This document shows, in pieces, positions 10,220-24,712 of a stretch of 64,000 nt of DNA. The stretch lies in contig NZ_JAYMYY010000008.1 in assembly GCF_039889165.1 (NCBI RefSeq), positions 82,200 through 146,199 of the forward strand. Reading direction: 5' to 3'. The DNA is from Pseudocitrobacter cyperus (lineage in GTDB: Bacteria > Pseudomonadota > Gammaproteobacteria > Enterobacterales > Enterobacteriaceae). The notes under the pieces are model-generated. The model did no database searches and had not been told where the DNA came from. It saw nothing but the letters and a program-made list of their open reading frames with translations. The position numbers and the translations under genes were made by a program. Each line of letters starts with the position of its first letter. Position 1 is the first letter of the stretch.

Positions 10220-10735
10220 ATGGATAAGACCACTTCGCAAGAGATGTTGGCGCAGGCTGAAAAGCTCTGTGCGCAGCGCGGTGTGCGCCTGACTCCACAA
10301 CGTCTGGAAGTGCTGCGTCTGCTGAGCCTGCAGCAGGGGGCAATCAGCGCCTACGATTTGCTCGATTTGCTACGCGTCAAAGAGCCGCAAGCCAAGCCGC
10401 CTACCGTTTATCGGGCGCTGGAGTTTTTACTCGAGCAGGGGTTTGTACATAAGGTCGAGTCCACCAACAGCTACGTGCTCTGTCATCTCTTTGACCAGCC
10501 AACGCATACCTCAGCGATGTTTATCTGCGATCGCTGCGGTGTGGTGAAAGAAGAGTGTGCGGAGGGCGTGGAAGATATCATGCACATGGTTGCCGCCCGA
10601 ATGGGCTTTGCGCTGCGTCATAATGTGATTGAGGCGCATGGCCTGTGTGCAGAATGCGTGGAAGTAGAGGCCTGCCGTTCACACGAACATTGCCACCACG
10701 ACCACACCATTCAGATTAAGAAAAAGGCACGTTAA
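10220..10735 (+). CDS. zur: zinc uptake regulator Zur
   Basis: 171 aa Fur-family protein; near-identical to E. coli Zur. Confidence 0.95.
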   Translation: MDKTTSQEMLAQAEKLCAQRGVRLTPQRLEVLRLLSLQQGAISAYDLLDLLRVKEPQAKPPTVYRALEFLLEQGFVHKVESTNSYVLCHLFDQPTHTSAMFICDRCGVVKEECAEGVEDIMHMVAARMGFALRHNVIEAHGLCAECVEVEACRSHEHCHHDHTIQIKKKAR

Positions 10736-10814
10736 TTCGAGGGTTGGCACATCCTTGTACCTGCGGGCAGGTTACGCTCATTGAGGGGAGTTGAGCGTGG
10801 TGCCGTCAGCGTGA

Positions 10815-11024
10815 CTACCAATGATAGTCGTTACGGGTTTCCCAGTCTTTGACCTCTTTTTCGGCCTGATCTTTCGCGTATCCATACCGCTCCTGGATTT
10901 TCCCGACAAGCTGATCGCGTTTACCTTCGACGACGGTCATATCATCGTCGGTCAGTTTGCCCCATTGTTCTTTCGCTTTACCTTTGAACTGTTTCCAGTT
11001 ACCGCTGAGTTCGTCTTTATTCAT
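10815..11024 (-). CDS. yjbJ: CsbD-like stress protein YjbJ
   Basis: 69-70 aa; NWKQFKGK.KEQWGKLTDDDM...; matches E. coli YjbJ (RpoS regulon). Confidence 0.9.
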   Translation of the reverse strand: MNKDELSGNWKQFKGKAKEQWGKLTDDDMTVVEGKRDQLVGKIQERYGYAKDQAEKEVKDWETRNDYHW

Positions 11025-11132
11025 CATCGGCTCCTTATCGTTCGATCATGGTTGCGTTATCGCATCGTCCTTCGACGTTCATTTCTGCTGAACGTGATAA
11101 TAAGTGTAGATGAGGATATCGCCGATGATTCA

Positions 11133-12488
11133 CTATTCAGAATCTTTAACCATCGGGTGAGATGAGGGGGCGGCAAACCACGTCCCATTCTGCCAATGGC
11201 GACGCCAGATAACTGCCAGAGACAGCCCACGCAGAGCAAGGAAGACCGCCAGCGCCAGCCACAGGCCATGATTGCCCAACATCGGTACTGTCAGGAGCGT
11301 CAGGGCAAAACCCGCGGCAGCAACCGCCATACTGTTACGCATCTCCGCGCCGCGCGTCGCACCAATAAACATGCCATCCAGCAGATAACACCAGACACCA
11401 ATCACCGGAAGCACCGCCTGCCAGAATACGTAGCGATCGGCAAGCTGCTGCAGGGAGGGTAATGACGTCAACATTGCGACGATGTGCCCGCCAGCCAGCG
11501 CGTAAACCAGCGCAAAAGCCAGTGCGACGATCCCCGCCTGGCGGCAGGCCGCGCGCCAGACGCTGAGTAACTGACTGTCATCACGCGCACCGTAAGCCTG
11601 CCCGGAGTGCGCCTCAACGGCATAAGCGAAGCCATCCAGCGCATAGGCGGTGAAGGTGAGCATCGTCATCAACACCGCGTTAACCGCGACGACATCGCTA
11701 CCCAGCCGCGCACCAAACACAGTCAACGCGCCAAAGCAAAGCTGAAGTAATAACGAGCGCAGCATGATGTCGCGATTGAGCGCCAGCAGGCTACGGATGT
11801 TGCCGCGCCAGGCCATTTTCAGCATTGCAACCGAAATGCCCCGCAGAACCAGCACCTTGCGCGCCATCAGCAGGCCGATTGCCATGGTGGCATATTCGGC
11901 GATGACCGTTGCCAGCGCGGCACCCTGCACATTCATGTGCAGGCCCATCACCAGCCAGAGGTCGAGGACGATATTCAGAATATTACCGACAATCAGCAGG
12001 ATAACCGGAGCCCGGGCGTACTGAACACCCAGCAACCGGCCCAACAGCACCAGGTTCGCCAGCGATGCCGGCGCACTCAGCCAGCGGATTTCAAGAAAAC
12101 GCCGCGCCTGCTCCAGCACCGCATCGCTGCCACCGACAATAGCAAGCGCCAGATTAATCAGCGGCTCTTTGAACAGTACGATAAGTAGCCCCGCCCCCAG
12201 CGCCAGCAGCAGCGGCTGCACCAGCGCGCGAGCCAGACGAACAGGGTCTTTCGCGCCAAAAGCCTGCGCGGTCAAACCGGTCGTGCTCATACGTAAAAAA
12301 AGCAGCAGCATAAACAGGAAGCTGGTTGCCGTTGCGCCAATCGCCACGCCGCCGAGGTACACCGCACTATCGAGATGGCCAATCACCGCGGTATCCACCA
12401 GGCCCAGCAGGGGAACCGTGATATTGGAGAAAATCATGGGAAGGGCGAGACGCCATAATGCCTTGTCGGCAGCCGTGAAGAGCGACAT
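11133..12488 (-). CDS. dinF: MATE efflux family protein DinF (start MSLFTAADKALWRLALPM)
   Basis: Near-identical to E. coli DinF; forms the lexA-dinF operon. Confidence 0.93.
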   Translation of the reverse strand: MSLFTAADKALWRLALPMIFSNITVPLLGLVDTAVIGHLDSAVYLGGVAIGATATSFLFMLLLFLRMSTTGLTAQAFGAKDPVRLARALVQPLLLALGAGLLIVLFKEPLINLALAIVGGSDAVLEQARRFLEIRWLSAPASLANLVLLGRLLGVQYARAPVILLIVGNILNIVLDLWLVMGLHMNVQGAALATVIAEYATMAIGLLMARKVLVLRGISVAMLKMAWRGNIRSLLALNRDIMLRSLLLQLCFGALTVFGARLGSDVVAVNAVLMTMLTFTAYALDGFAYAVEAHSGQAYGARDDSQLLSVWRAACRQAGIVALAFALVYALAGGHIVAMLTSLPSLQQLADRYVFWQAVLPVIGVWCYLLDGMFIGATRGAEMRNSMAVAAAGFALTLLTVPMLGNHGLWLALAVFLALRGLSLAVIWRRHWQNGTWFAAPSSHPMVKDSE

Positions 12489-12556
12489 GGTTAGGAACCT
12501 GAACAGAAAAGAGAACGAACAACGGCGCATGATGCGCCGTTGTTATCGGGAGAGGA

Positions 12557-13165
12557 TTACAGCCATTCGCCGTTGCGGATCACGCCAACGGCCAGCCCTT
12601 CAATGGAGAAGTTCTGACGGCGAAGATCGACGACAATCGGGGAAAACTCGCTGTTTTCCGGCAACAGTTCAACGACGTTGCCCTGTTTTTTCAGGCGTTT
12701 CACGGTCACTTCTTCGTCGATGCGAGCCACGACGACCTGGCCATTTCGAACATCCTGCGTTTTATGCACCGCGAGCAGGTCGCCATCCATAATGCCGATG
12801 TCTTTCATCGACATACCGCTAACCCGCAGCAGGAAGTCGGCATTCGGTTTGAACAGCGACGGGTCAACCTGGTAGTGACCTTCAATATGCTGCTGCGCCA
12901 GCAGCGGCTCACCGGCGGCGACCCGGCCAATCAGCGGCAGGCCGGTTTCTTCTTCCACCAGCAAGCGAATGCCGCGCGATGCGCCCGAAACAATTTCAAT
13001 GACGCCTTTGCGCGCCAGCGCTTTCAGATGCTCTTCCGCCGCATTCGGGGACCGGAACCCCAGGCGCTGAGCAATTTCCGCACGTGTTGGCGGCATGCCC
13101 GTTTGGCCGATATGATCTCGAATGAGATCAAACACCTCTTGCTGCCTGGTCGTTAACGCTTTCAT
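12557..13165 (-). CDS. lexA: SOS repressor LexA
   Basis: 202 aa; cleavage site A-G and Ser/Lys dyad conserved. Confidence 0.97.
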   Translation of the reverse strand: MKALTTRQQEVFDLIRDHIGQTGMPPTRAEIAQRLGFRSPNAAEEHLKALARKGVIEIVSGASRGIRLLVEEETGLPLIGRVAAGEPLLAQQHIEGHYQVDPSLFKPNADFLLRVSGMSMKDIGIMDGDLLAVHKTQDVRNGQVVVARIDEEVTVKRLKKQGNVVELLPENSEFSPIVVDLRRQNFSIEGLAVGVIRNGEWL

Positions 13166-13173
13166 TCCGCCCC

Positions 13174-13210
13174 CTGGGTGTATATACAGTTATGCTGTGA
13201 GTATATACAG
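13174..13210 (-). promoter_or_regulatory. two LexA (SOS) boxes: CTGTATATACTCACAG and CTGTATATACACCCAG
   Basis: Two CTGT-N8-ACAG boxes immediately upstream of lexA, as in E. coli. Confidence 0.9.
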
Positions 13211-13274
13211 TTGATGGCTATTTTGGAACCGCAAAACACACAAAATACAGGAGTTTTCGCAGATTATGCGAGAC

Positions 13275-13643
13275 TCAGCGGAAAAGCGGCCACAGCAACA
13301 TAGCCCAGGTCATCAGCGCAACGAAAATCGCCAGCAGCACCGCCGCCGACCCCATATCTTTCGCCCGTCCGGAGAGTTCGTGATACTCAGAACCAATACG
13401 GTCAACCACCGCTTCCAGCGCACTATTGAGAATTTCCACTATCATCACCAAAAGAACAGAGCCAATCAGTAATACGCGCGTAATGGCGTCTACATCCAGC
13501 CAGCAGGCGATGATAATGGCCACAACCGAGGCGACCCCTTCCTGGCGAAACGCGGCTTCATTGACCCACGCCGCACGAAAACCTTTCCAGGAATAACCAG
13601 CCGCTTTGATAATTCGGGTGAGTCCAGTGGTATTATTGGCCAT
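13275..13643 (-). CDS. dgkA: diacylglycerol kinase
   Basis: 122 aa, three TM helices; matches E. coli DgkA. Confidence 0.93.
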   Translation of the reverse strand: MANNTTGLTRIIKAAGYSWKGFRAAWVNEAAFRQEGVASVVAIIIACWLDVDAITRVLLIGSVLLVMIVEILNSALEAVVDRIGSEYHELSGRAKDMGSAAVLLAIFVALMTWAMLLWPLFR

Positions 13644-13773
13644 CAAATAGAACCTTTTAGCGTTATACGCATCAATGACAGTAGTTGTTATCGGCGGTAG
13701 AACAGAAATCCTGCTGACTTTCTGATATTCTTGCCGCGCATTTGCATGATTAACCAGAGGCTTTACATCGTTT

Positions 13774-16197
13774 ATGTCCGGCTGGCCACGAATTTACTAC
13801 AAATTACTGAATTTACCATTAAGTGTACTGGTAAAAAGCAAGTCTATTCCGGCAGAACCTGCCCAGGAATTGGGGCTCGATACGTCGCGCCCTATCATGT
13901 ACGTCCTGCCTTATAACTCAAAGGCCGACCTACTGACCTTGCGCGCCCAGTGCCTGGCGCACGATCTCCCCGACCCGCTAGAACCGCTGGAGATCGACGG
14001 CACCCTGCTGCCCCGCTACGTGTTTATTCACGGCGGCCCGCGGGTGTTCACCTATTACACGCCGAAAGAAGAGTCTATCAAGCTGTTCCACGACTATCTC
14101 GATCTGCATCGCAGCAATCCGAATCTGGATGTGCAGATGGTGCCGGTATCGGTGATGTTTGGTCGTCGTCCGGGGCGTGAAAAAGGCGAAGTGAATCCGC
14201 CGCTGCGCATGCTGAACGGCATTCAGAAATTCTTTGCCGTTTCCTGGCTCGGCCGCGACAGCTTCGTGCGCTTCTCGCCGTCCGTCTCGCTGCGCCGTAT
14301 GGCCGATGAGCATGGCACCGATAAAATAATCGCGCAGAAACTGGCGCGCGTGGCGCGCATGCACTTTGCCCGCCAGCGCCTGGCTGCTGTAGGGCCGCGC
14401 CTGCCTGCGCGTCAGGATCTCTTTAACAAGCTACTCGCCTCCCGGGCGATTGCGAAAGCGGTTGAAGATGAAGCGCGTAGCAAAAAAATCTCCCATGAAA
14501 AAGCGCAGCAGAACGCCATTGCACTCATGGAAGAGATTGCAGCCAACTTCTCTTATGAAATGATTCGCCTGACTGACCGTATTCTGGGCTTCACCTGGAA
14601 CCGTTTGTATCAGGGGATCAACGTCAACAACGCCGAACGCGTTCGCCAACTGGCGCACGATGGTCACGAGATTGTGTATGTGCCGTGCCACCGTAGCCAT
14701 ATGGACTACCTGCTGCTCTCCTATGTGCTGTATCACCAGGGCCTGGTGCCGCCGCATATTGCTGCCGGTATCAACCTGAACTTCTGGCCAGCCGGCCCGA
14801 TTTTCCGCCGCCTGGGCGCATTCTTTATTCGCCGCACCTTTAAGGGCAACAAACTCTATTCCACCGTGTTCCGTGAGTATCTCGGCGAGCTGTTCAGCCG
14901 TGGCTACTCTGTTGAATACTTTGTGGAAGGCGGGCGTTCCCGTACTGGCCGTCTGCTGGACCCGAAAACCGGCACCCTGTCGATGACCATTCAGGCAATG
15001 CTTCGCGGCGGGACTCGACCTATCACCCTGGTGCCGATTTACATCGGTTACGAGCATGTGATGGAAGTGGGCACTTACGCTAAAGAACTGCGCGGTGCGA
15101 CCAAAGAGAAAGAGAGCTTGCCGCAAATGCTGAAAGGCCTGAGCAAGCTGCGTAATCTGGGCCAGGGCTATGTGAACTTCGGCGAGCCGATTCCGCTGAT
15201 GAACTACCTGAACCATCACGTACCGGAGTGGCGCGAATCTATCGACCCTATCGAAGCCATTCGTCCGGCATGGTTGACGCCGACGGTGAACGGTATCGCC
15301 GCCGAACTGATGGTGCGCATTAACAACGCAGGCGCGGCGAACGCCATGAACCTGTGCTGTACTGCGCTGCTGGCGTCTCGTCAGCGTTCTCTGACCCGCG
15401 AACAACTGACTCAGCAACTGGATTGCTACCTGTCGCTGCTGCGTAACGCGCCGTATTCCCCGGATGCCACCACGCCGAATGCGACGGCCAGCGAGCTTAT
15501 CGACCATGCATTGCAGATGAACAAGTTCGAAGTCGAGAAAGACACCATTGGCGACATCATTATTCTGCCACGCGAGCAGGCAGTACTGATGACCTACTAC
15601 CGCAACAACATCGCCCATATGCTGATCATGCCGTCACTGCTGGCCACCATCATGACTCAGCATCGACATGTTTCTCGCGCGGACGTGCAGAACATGGTTG
15701 AAGTGCTCTACCCGATGCTGAAAGCGGAACTGTTCCTGCGCTGGGAGAAAGCAGAGCTGGCGTCGGTGATTGATACGCTGGTTGATGAGATGGAACGTCA
15801 GTCGTTAATTACCCGTCAGGGCGATGAGCTACATATCAACCCGTCTCACTCGCGTACTCTGCAATTGCTGGCGGCTGGCGCGCGTGAAACGCTGCAACGC
15901 TATGCCATCACCTTCTGGCTGCTGAGCGCCAACCCATCAATGAACCGCAGTTCGCTGGAGAAAGAGAGCCGCACCGTGGCGCAACGTCTCTCCGTCCTGC
16001 ACGGTATTAACTCGCCGGAATTTTTTGATAAAGCGGTGTTCTCATCACTGGTGCTGACGCTGCGTGATGAAGGTTATATTAGCGACAGCGGCGACGCCGA
16101 GCCGGAAGAGACGATGAAGGTTTACCAGATGATGGCGAACCTGATTACGTCTGATGTCCGTTTGACGATTGAGAGTGTGACGCAGGACGAGGCGTAA
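13774..16197 (+). CDS. plsB: glycerol-3-phosphate 1-O-acyltransferase PlsB
   Basis: 807 aa; HXXXXD acyltransferase motif ([11 protein letters not shown]); near-identical to E. coli PlsB. Confidence 0.97.
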   Translation: MSGWPRIYYKLLNLPLSVLVKSKSIPAEPAQELGLDTSRPIMYVLPYNSKADLLTLRAQCLAHDLPDPLEPLEIDGTLLPRYVFIHGGPRVFTYYTPKEESIKLFHDYLDLHRSNPNLDVQMVPVSVMFGRRPGREKGEVNPPLRMLNGIQKFFAVSWLGRDSFVRFSPSVSLRRMADEHGTDKIIAQKLARVARMHFARQRLAAVGPRLPARQDLFNKLLASRAIAKAVEDEARSKKISHEKAQQNAIALMEEIAANFSYEMIRLTDRILGFTWNRLYQGINVNNAERVRQLAHDGHEIVYVPCHRSHMDYLLLSYVLYHQGLVPPHIAAGINLNFWPAGPIFRRLGAFFIRRTFKGNKLYSTVFREYLGELFSRGYSVEYFVEGGRSRTGRLLDPKTGTLSMTIQAMLRGGTRPITLVPIYIGYEHVMEVGTYAKELRGATKEKESLPQMLKGLSKLRNLGQGYVNFGEPIPLMNYLNHHVPEWRESIDPIEAIRPAWLTPTVNGIAAELMVRINNAGAANAMNLCCTALLASRQRSLTREQLTQQLDCYLSLLRNAPYSPDATTPNATASELIDHALQMNKFEVEKDTIGDIIILPREQAVLMTYYRNNIAHMLIMPSLLATIMTQHRHVSRADVQNMVEVLYPMLKAELFLRWEKAELASVIDTLVDEMERQSLITRQGDELHINPSHSRTLQLLAAGARETLQRYAITFWLLSANPSMNRSSLEKESRTVAQRLSVLHGINSPEFFDKAVFSSLVLTLRDEGYISDSGDAEPEETMKVYQMMANLITSDVRLTIESVTQDEA

Positions 16198-16214
16198 TTA
16201 GCACCGTTTGTTCC

Positions 16215-16300
16215 CCCTCACCCTAACCCTCTCCCACAGGGAGAGGGAACCGATTGTGCCGTGTTCTCCCTCTCCCTGTGGGAGAGGGCCGGGGTGGGGG
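16215..16300. repeat. inverted pair of a 33-bp GC-rich palindromic unit (CCCTCAYCC..CCCTCTCCC-N4-GGGAGAGGG), 20-bp spacer; between convergent plsB and ubiA
   Basis: Unit 16215-16247 and its inverse 16268-16300; the same unit family recurs at 23040-23120. Confidence 0.8.
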
Positions 16301-16321
16301 CATCAGCCCGCACAGTGCGTT

Positions 16322-17194
16322 TTAAAGGTGCCAGTAACTCATCGCCAGACCGATAAACAACACCAGCCCAACGTAGTTATTATTCATAAACGCCTGGAAA
16401 CAGGCCGCACGTTCACGATGGCGGATCAGCTTTTGCTGATACACAAACAGTGTGCCCGCAATAAAGATTGACCAGTAGAATACCCAGTTAAGCCCGTTCA
16501 GGTAGCCAATTGCTGCCATCAGCACCAGCACGCCAGCCTGTAAGATACCGATAATTAAGCGGTCATACTGGCCAAACAGGATAGCCGTCGACTTCACGCC
16601 GATTTTAACGTCGTCATCGCGATCAACCATCGCATACTGCGTATCGTAAGCCACCGCCCACAGGATATTCGCCAGCAGCATCAGCCAGCAGCTTAGCGGC
16701 AGCGATTCGCTGACGGCGGCAAACGCCATAGGAATTGACCAGCCGAAAGCCGCGCCCAGCACCACCTGCGGCAGATGGGTGTAGCGCTTCATAAACGGGT
16801 AGACCCACGCCAGCGCCAACCCGGCAACGGAAAGCAGAATGGTCATGGTGTTGAGCGTCAGCACCAGCAGGAACGACAGCAGCACCAGCACAGCAAACAG
16901 CGTTCGCGCTTCTTTCTCCGTCACCGCGCCACTCGGCAACGGGCGATTGGCAGTGCGCTTTACGTGGCCGTCAAATTTACGGTCGGCGTAGTCATTCACC
17001 ACGCAGCCGGCTGCGCGCATCAGCCAGACACCTGCGACAAATACCGCCAGGATCCACAGCGGCGGAACGCCCGGCGCGGCAACCCATAGCGCCCACAGTG
17101 TCGGCCACAGCAGCAACAAGGCGCCAATCGGCTTGTCAGTACGCATCAGACGATGAAACGCCAGCAGCTTATTCTGCGTCAGGCTCCTCTCCAT
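16322..17194 (-). CDS. ubiA: 4-hydroxybenzoate octaprenyltransferase
   Basis: 290 aa; NDYADRKFD motif; matches E. coli UbiA. Confidence 0.95.
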   Translation of the reverse strand: MERSLTQNKLLAFHRLMRTDKPIGALLLLWPTLWALWVAAPGVPPLWILAVFVAGVWLMRAAGCVVNDYADRKFDGHVKRTANRPLPSGAVTEKEARTLFAVLVLLSFLLVLTLNTMTILLSVAGLALAWVYPFMKRYTHLPQVVLGAAFGWSIPMAFAAVSESLPLSCWLMLLANILWAVAYDTQYAMVDRDDDVKIGVKSTAILFGQYDRLIIGILQAGVLVLMAAIGYLNGLNWVFYWSIFIAGTLFVYQQKLIRHRERAACFQAFMNNNYVGLVLFIGLAMSYWHL

Positions 17195-17206
17195 TTTTTC
17201 TTCCTC

Positions 17207-17701
17207 TTAGTACAACGGCGATGCCGGCAGAAACAGCTCGGTCAGGAGCAACGGTTTCCCGCTTAGCCGGAGGCGGGAACGGCGCCCCCAAAGGCTGGCA
17301 TCACAACCTATCTCAATAAAATCACGCGTTAACATGGAAGACGTAAACAGGTAACGACCCAGCGGCGTCTTCCCAAGCTGTTGCAGCGCCAGTTCCGGCC
17401 CGCTCAGTGTCGACTCCGGCACCACGGTGCGCCCGGCAAGCCAGGGGGTGCCATCCACACACAGTAATATTTCACGTAACCAGTAACGTTGTTCATCCGG
17501 CAACAGCGGTAACTCTTGTGCTATAGCATCGCGGCTGACAAACCCTTCGTCAATCAATGTGACGCTCACCACACCATATTGTTCGAAACGTTTGGTCATG
17601 GAGTCTTCCAGCAACAGCCAGTCGAGCTTCTCCGCGTCGAGTGAAGGGATGGTGTCAAAGTAGTTCAGCGCACGCAGTTGCGTCAGTGCGGGGTGCGACA
17701 T
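17207..17701 (-). CDS. ubiC: chorismate pyruvate-lyase (start [12 protein letters not shown])
   Basis: 165 aa from the internal Met; matches E. coli UbiC. The ORF-table N-terminal extension is not conserved. Confidence 0.92.
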   Translation of the reverse strand: MSHPALTQLRALNYFDTIPSLDAEKLDWLLLEDSMTKRFEQYGVVSVTLIDEGFVSRDAIAQELPLLPDEQRYWLREILLCVDGTPWLAGRTVVPESTLSGPELALQQLGKTPLGRYLFTSSMLTRDFIEIGCDASLWGRRSRLRLSGKPLLLTELFLPASPLY

Positions 17702-17817
17702 GACTGTCTCTCCAGTACATAAAGTGGGGCTATTGTATCGCAGAAAATCATTGTCGGGAGTGCAGTAATGGCTAAATACGATCATTAACGCAACAGTTAT
17801 GCAACAGTATGAATCGC

Positions 17818-17848
17818 ATCCAAAAAAAAGTGCGCCCCAAGGGGCGCA
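17818..17848 (-). terminator. rho-independent terminator of malK-lamB-malM (GTGCGCCCCTTGGGGCGCAC + TTTTTTTT)
   Basis: Perfect hairpin plus 8-T tract read on the minus strand. Confidence 0.8.
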
Positions 17849-17889
17849 CCGAAAGGCATAGCCTAAACATCAGCGCTGTGGGGATATCA

Positions 17890-18831
17890 TTACCCCTTGC
17901 CTTTTACAGAGCTGATAAAGGTGGATCTCGCAGAGGTGGAACCCAGGCGTTCAGCTTCATCCAGCAGTTTCAATGCTTTATCGACATCCCCTTTCGCAAC
18001 AGCCTCTTTGATGGCCTTGTTGAAGTAGGATTCCGTATCATTCAGCATCGGCTCACTTTTCTTCGCTGTAGTTGGCGCAGGTGCGGCGGCTACAGCGGCA
18101 GGTGCAGCGTAAGTCGGTGCAGCGGTGTTACCGACGGTAACCGGTGCCGGGCCGGAAGAGCCAAACAGCGGGCCAACCAGTACGCTGGAGGTGCTATTGG
18201 TTTTCACTTTCAGCTTCAGCGTGCCATCGGTGATATGACGGGCAATCGGATCCGGGATATCCGGAATCGCGTTACCTACGCCTTTAGCGTAGGACTTAGC
18301 CGGGTCAAGTAATTGGGTAGTTTTCTGCAGATCCTGTTCGGTGGTAAACACCAGCACATACAGTTTCTGCTGACCCAGCGCAGGCGTCAGACGCATTTCG
18401 CCTTCAAGACGGTCAGCGCTCATGACCCCCGGTTCCTGATAGGTGAAGTAGCTTGACGGGAAGTACGCCGATGGCGTCATGTTCTGGTCAAGAATCAGGA
18501 CGTTCGGGGCAAATACGCTGGTTTGTTTATTCACTTCGCTGGTCAGTGTTAACGTCAACTCACCAATATTAGCCGGGACACTATAAGCGGCAACCGGGCC
18601 AGTGATGCCAGGCACATTCAGGCTCTGGCCAGCCGTGGAGAGCGTTGTGGTCTGGACTTTAGATTGATCCACCGGCGTCCAGGTCAGTTGCTGTAACGCG
18701 GCAGTCGGAATGGTTGGCGCAGCAGAGGTGTTCTGCGGCACATAGTTAACATCAGCAAAGCTGACTGCCGGTACGCTTGCCAGCAGGCCAGCGGAGAGGC
18801 AGAGGGCGACGAGACTTTTCTTCATTTTCAT
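17890..18831 (-). CDS. malM: maltose operon periplasmic protein MalM
   Basis: Signal peptide MKMKKSLVALCLSAGLLASVPAVSFA; matches E. coli MalM. Confidence 0.93.
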   Translation of the reverse strand: MKMKKSLVALCLSAGLLASVPAVSFADVNYVPQNTSAAPTIPTAALQQLTWTPVDQSKVQTTTLSTAGQSLNVPGITGPVAAYSVPANIGELTLTLTSEVNKQTSVFAPNVLILDQNMTPSAYFPSSYFTYQEPGVMSADRLEGEMRLTPALGQQKLYVLVFTTEQDLQKTTQLLDPAKSYAKGVGNAIPDIPDPIARHITDGTLKLKVKTNSTSSVLVGPLFGSSGPAPVTVGNTAAPTYAAPAAVAAAPAPTTAKKSEPMLNDTESYFNKAIKEAVAKGDVDKALKLLDEAERLGSTSARSTFISSVKGKG

Positions 18832-18943
18832 TGTTATCACCTCAGATACAGAGCTCAGCGTTGGCCAGGCAATAGCGCGCTGCGCGTAAAGAGAGAGGGG
18901 CTTACGCCCCTCTTTTCAGGCATTACATCGGGTTAAACGACGA

Positions 18944-20347
<1,404 letters not shown>

Positions 20348-20356
20348 TTATGGGAA

Positions 20357-21466
20357 TCAAACGCCGGGCTCTTTGTGCAACCGACGACATGCAGTGCCAT
20401 CTTCACGGAACAGATGGCAGCGCTCTGGTGGCAAGCCAATAGCGAATGTGGCTCCCTCTTCTACTAACACCACATCATTCTGGCGATAGACCAGGTTCTG
20501 ATGGATGGCGGGGATCTGGATATGAATTTGCGTTTCGTGACCAAGCTGTTCCACAACGTGGACTTCACCTTCCAGGGTGACATCAGCGATGTCGCTGGGC
20601 AGCAGATGTTCAGGGCGGATACCAAGCGACATATTGGCGCCGACCTGCACGTTGTTACTTTCGACGGGCAGCCAGACCTGCTGGCGGTTTGGCAGCTCAA
20701 CCTGCACTTGGTCGATGGCCGTTGCCGTCACTTTTACCGGCAGGAAGTTCATCTTCGGCGAGCCGATAAAGCCCGCGACGAAACGGTCGGCCGGGTAGTG
20801 ATAGAGTTCAAGCGGTTTACCGACCTGCGCCACGCGGCCAGCGTCGAGCACCACGATTTTGTCGGCCAGCGTCATCGCTTCGACCTGATCGTGGGTGACG
20901 TAAATCATCGTGCGACCCAGACGTTTGTGCAGACGGGAAATTTCGATACGCATCTGTACGCGAAGCGCGGCGTCCAGGTTGGAAAGGGGTTCATCAAGCA
21001 GGAACACATTCGGTTCAGCGACCAATGTGCGGCCAATCGCCACGCGCTGACGCTGACCACCGGAAAGCGCTTTTGGTTTACGCTCTAACAGATGCGCCAG
21101 TTGCAGAACTTCAGCCACCTGATTAACGCGCTGGTTGATGACATCTTTCTTTGCACCCGCCAGCTTCAGACCGAAGGACATATTCTCGGCAACGGAGAGA
21201 TGCGGATACAACGCGTAAGACTGGAACACCATCCCCACACCGCGTTCAGCAGGCGGGATTTCGTTCATCCGGGTTTCCCCGATATAAAGGTCGCCGCTGG
21301 TAATCGTCTCAAGACCGGCAATCATACGCAGCAGCGTGGATTTACCGCAGCCCGACGGCCCAACAAACACCACGAACTCCCCTTCCTGGATATCCAGGTT
21401 GATATCTTTCGATACCACCACGTTACCCCAGGCTTTCGTTACATTTCGTAGTTGTACGTTTGCCAT
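20357..21466 (-). CDS. malK: maltose ABC transporter ATPase MalK
   Basis: 369 aa; Walker [15 protein letters not shown] signature, regulatory C-domain. Confidence 0.97.
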   Translation of the reverse strand: MANVQLRNVTKAWGNVVVSKDINLDIQEGEFVVFVGPSGCGKSTLLRMIAGLETITSGDLYIGETRMNEIPPAERGVGMVFQSYALYPHLSVAENMSFGLKLAGAKKDVINQRVNQVAEVLQLAHLLERKPKALSGGQRQRVAIGRTLVAEPNVFLLDEPLSNLDAALRVQMRIEISRLHKRLGRTMIYVTHDQVEAMTLADKIVVLDAGRVAQVGKPLELYHYPADRFVAGFIGSPKMNFLPVKVTATAIDQVQVELPNRQQVWLPVESNNVQVGANMSLGIRPEHLLPSDIADVTLEGEVHVVEQLGHETQIHIQIPAIHQNLVYRQNDVVLVEEGATFAIGLPPERCHLFREDGTACRRLHKEPGV

Positions 21467-23029
<1,563 letters not shown>

Positions 23030-23039
23030 TGCTTTTATC

Positions 23040-23120
23040 CCCTCTCCCTCAGGGAGAGGGTTAGGATGAGGGTTGTGTTAAAAGTTCGCCCTCACCCCGG
23101 CCCTCTCCCCCAGGAGAGGG
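23040..23120. repeat. second inverted pair of the CCCTCTCCC-N4-GGGAGAGGG palindromic unit, in the malE-malF intergenic region
   Basis: Units 23040-23072 and 23089-23120 with a 16-bp spacer. Occupies the position where E. coli carries REP elements that stabilise malE mRNA. Confidence 0.8.
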
Positions 23121-23153
23121 AGAAAAGATCAATCGCTGTAGAGGAAGATCCCC

Positions 23154-24698
23154 ATGGATGTCATTAAAAAGAAACATTGGTGGCAAAGCGACACGCTGAA
23201 GTGGTCAGTGGTAGGTCTGCTGGGCCTGCTGGTGGGTTACCTTGTAGTTTTAATGTACGCACAAGGGGAGTACCTGTTCGCCATCATGACGCTGATTTTA
23301 AGCTCTGTTGGCCTGTATATTTTTGCCAATCGCAAAGCCTACGCATGGCGTTATGTCTATCCGGGCATGGCCGGGATGGGTCTGTTCGTTCTGTTCCCGC
23401 TGATTTGCACCATTGCTATCGCCTTCACCAACTACAGCAGTACCAACCAGCTCACCTTTGAACGTGCACAGCAAGTACTGATGGACCGCTCTTATCAGGC
23501 CGGTAAATCCTACAACTTCACGCTGTTCCCGGCGGAAGATGAGTGGCAACTGGCGCTGACCGACGGTGAAAGCGGCAAGAATTACCTCTCCGATGCCTTT
23601 AAATTGGGCGGTGAGCAGAAAATTACGCTGAAAGAAACCGACGCCCTGCCGGAAGGCGAGCGGGCGATGCTGCGCGTGATCACCCAGAATCGTCAGGCAC
23701 TGAATCAGTTAACAGCGGTGCTGCCGGATGAAAGCAAAGTTGTAATGAGTTCTCTGCGCCAGTTCTCTGGTACCCGTGCGCTATACACGCTGGGCGCCAA
23801 TGACGAACTGACCAATAACCAGACCGGCGTGAAGTATCTGCCAAACAACGCTGAAGGTTACTATCAGGCGGTCGATGCCGCAGGCCAGTTGACCGGTGAG
23901 AAACTGAGCCCTGGCTATACCGTCACTATCGGCTGGGATAACTTCAGCCGCGTCTTCACCGACGAAGGGATCCAGAAACCGTTCTTCGCCATCTTCATCT
24001 GGACGATTGTCTTCTCCGTCCTGACCGTCATTCTGACCGTTGCCGTCGGTATGGTGCTGGCGTGTCTGGTACAGTGGGAAGCCCTGAAAGGCAAAGCGGT
24101 TTACCGTGTGCTGCTGATCCTGCCTTACGCCGTACCGTCGTTTATCTCGATTCTGATTTTCAAAGGCTTGTTCAACCAGAGCTTTGGTGAAATCAACATG
24201 ATGCTGAGCGCGCTGTTTGGTATCAAACCAGCCTGGTTCAGCGACCCAACCACCGCGCGCTCGATGATTATTATCGTCAACACCTGGCTCGGTTATCCGT
24301 ACATGATGATCCTGTGCATGGGCCTGCTGAAAGCGATTCCGGACGACCTGTATGAAGCCTCGGCAATGGATGGCGCAGGCCCGTTCCAGAACTTCTTCAA
24401 GATTACGCTGCCGCTGCTGATTAAGCCGCTGACGCCGCTGATGATCGCCAGCTTCGCCTTTAACTTTAACAACTTCGTGCTGATTCAACTGTTGACCAAC
24501 GGCGGCCCGGATCGACTCGGCACCACGACCCCTGCCGGTTATACCGACCTGCTGGTGAGCTACACCTACCGTATCGCCTTCGAAGGCGGCGGCGGGCAGG
24601 ACTTCGGCCTCGCCGCGGCGATTGCCACGCTTATCTTCCTGTTGGTGGGTGCGCTGGCGATAGTGAATCTGAAAGCCACGCGCATGAAGTTTGATTAA
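23154..24698 (+). CDS. malF: maltose ABC transporter permease MalF
   Basis: 514 aa; EAA loop; large periplasmic P2 loop. Confidence 0.97.
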   Translation: MDVIKKKHWWQSDTLKWSVVGLLGLLVGYLVVLMYAQGEYLFAIMTLILSSVGLYIFANRKAYAWRYVYPGMAGMGLFVLFPLICTIAIAFTNYSSTNQLTFERAQQVLMDRSYQAGKSYNFTLFPAEDEWQLALTDGESGKNYLSDAFKLGGEQKITLKETDALPEGERAMLRVITQNRQALNQLTAVLPDESKVVMSSLRQFSGTRALYTLGANDELTNNQTGVKYLPNNAEGYYQAVDAAGQLTGEKLSPGYTVTIGWDNFSRVFTDEGIQKPFFAIFIWTIVFSVLTVILTVAVGMVLACLVQWEALKGKAVYRVLLILPYAVPSFISILIFKGLFNQSFGEINMMLSALFGIKPAWFSDPTTARSMIIIVNTWLGYPYMMILCMGLLKAIPDDLYEASAMDGAGPFQNFFKITLPLLIKPLTPLMIASFAFNFNNFVLIQLLTNGGPDRLGTTTPAGYTDLLVSYTYRIAFEGGGGQDFGLAAAIATLIFLLVGALAIVNLKATRMKFD

Positions 24699-24712
24699 GG
24701 GAGATAACGACA

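Noticed and set aside
16208-16471. 87-aa ORF spanning the plsB-ubiA intergenic repeats
   Set aside because: It reads through the GC-rich palindromic repeat pair. Its peptide is low-complexity (PSPCGRGPGWG) and overlaps the ubiA 3' end on the opposite strand. It is an artefact of the repeat.
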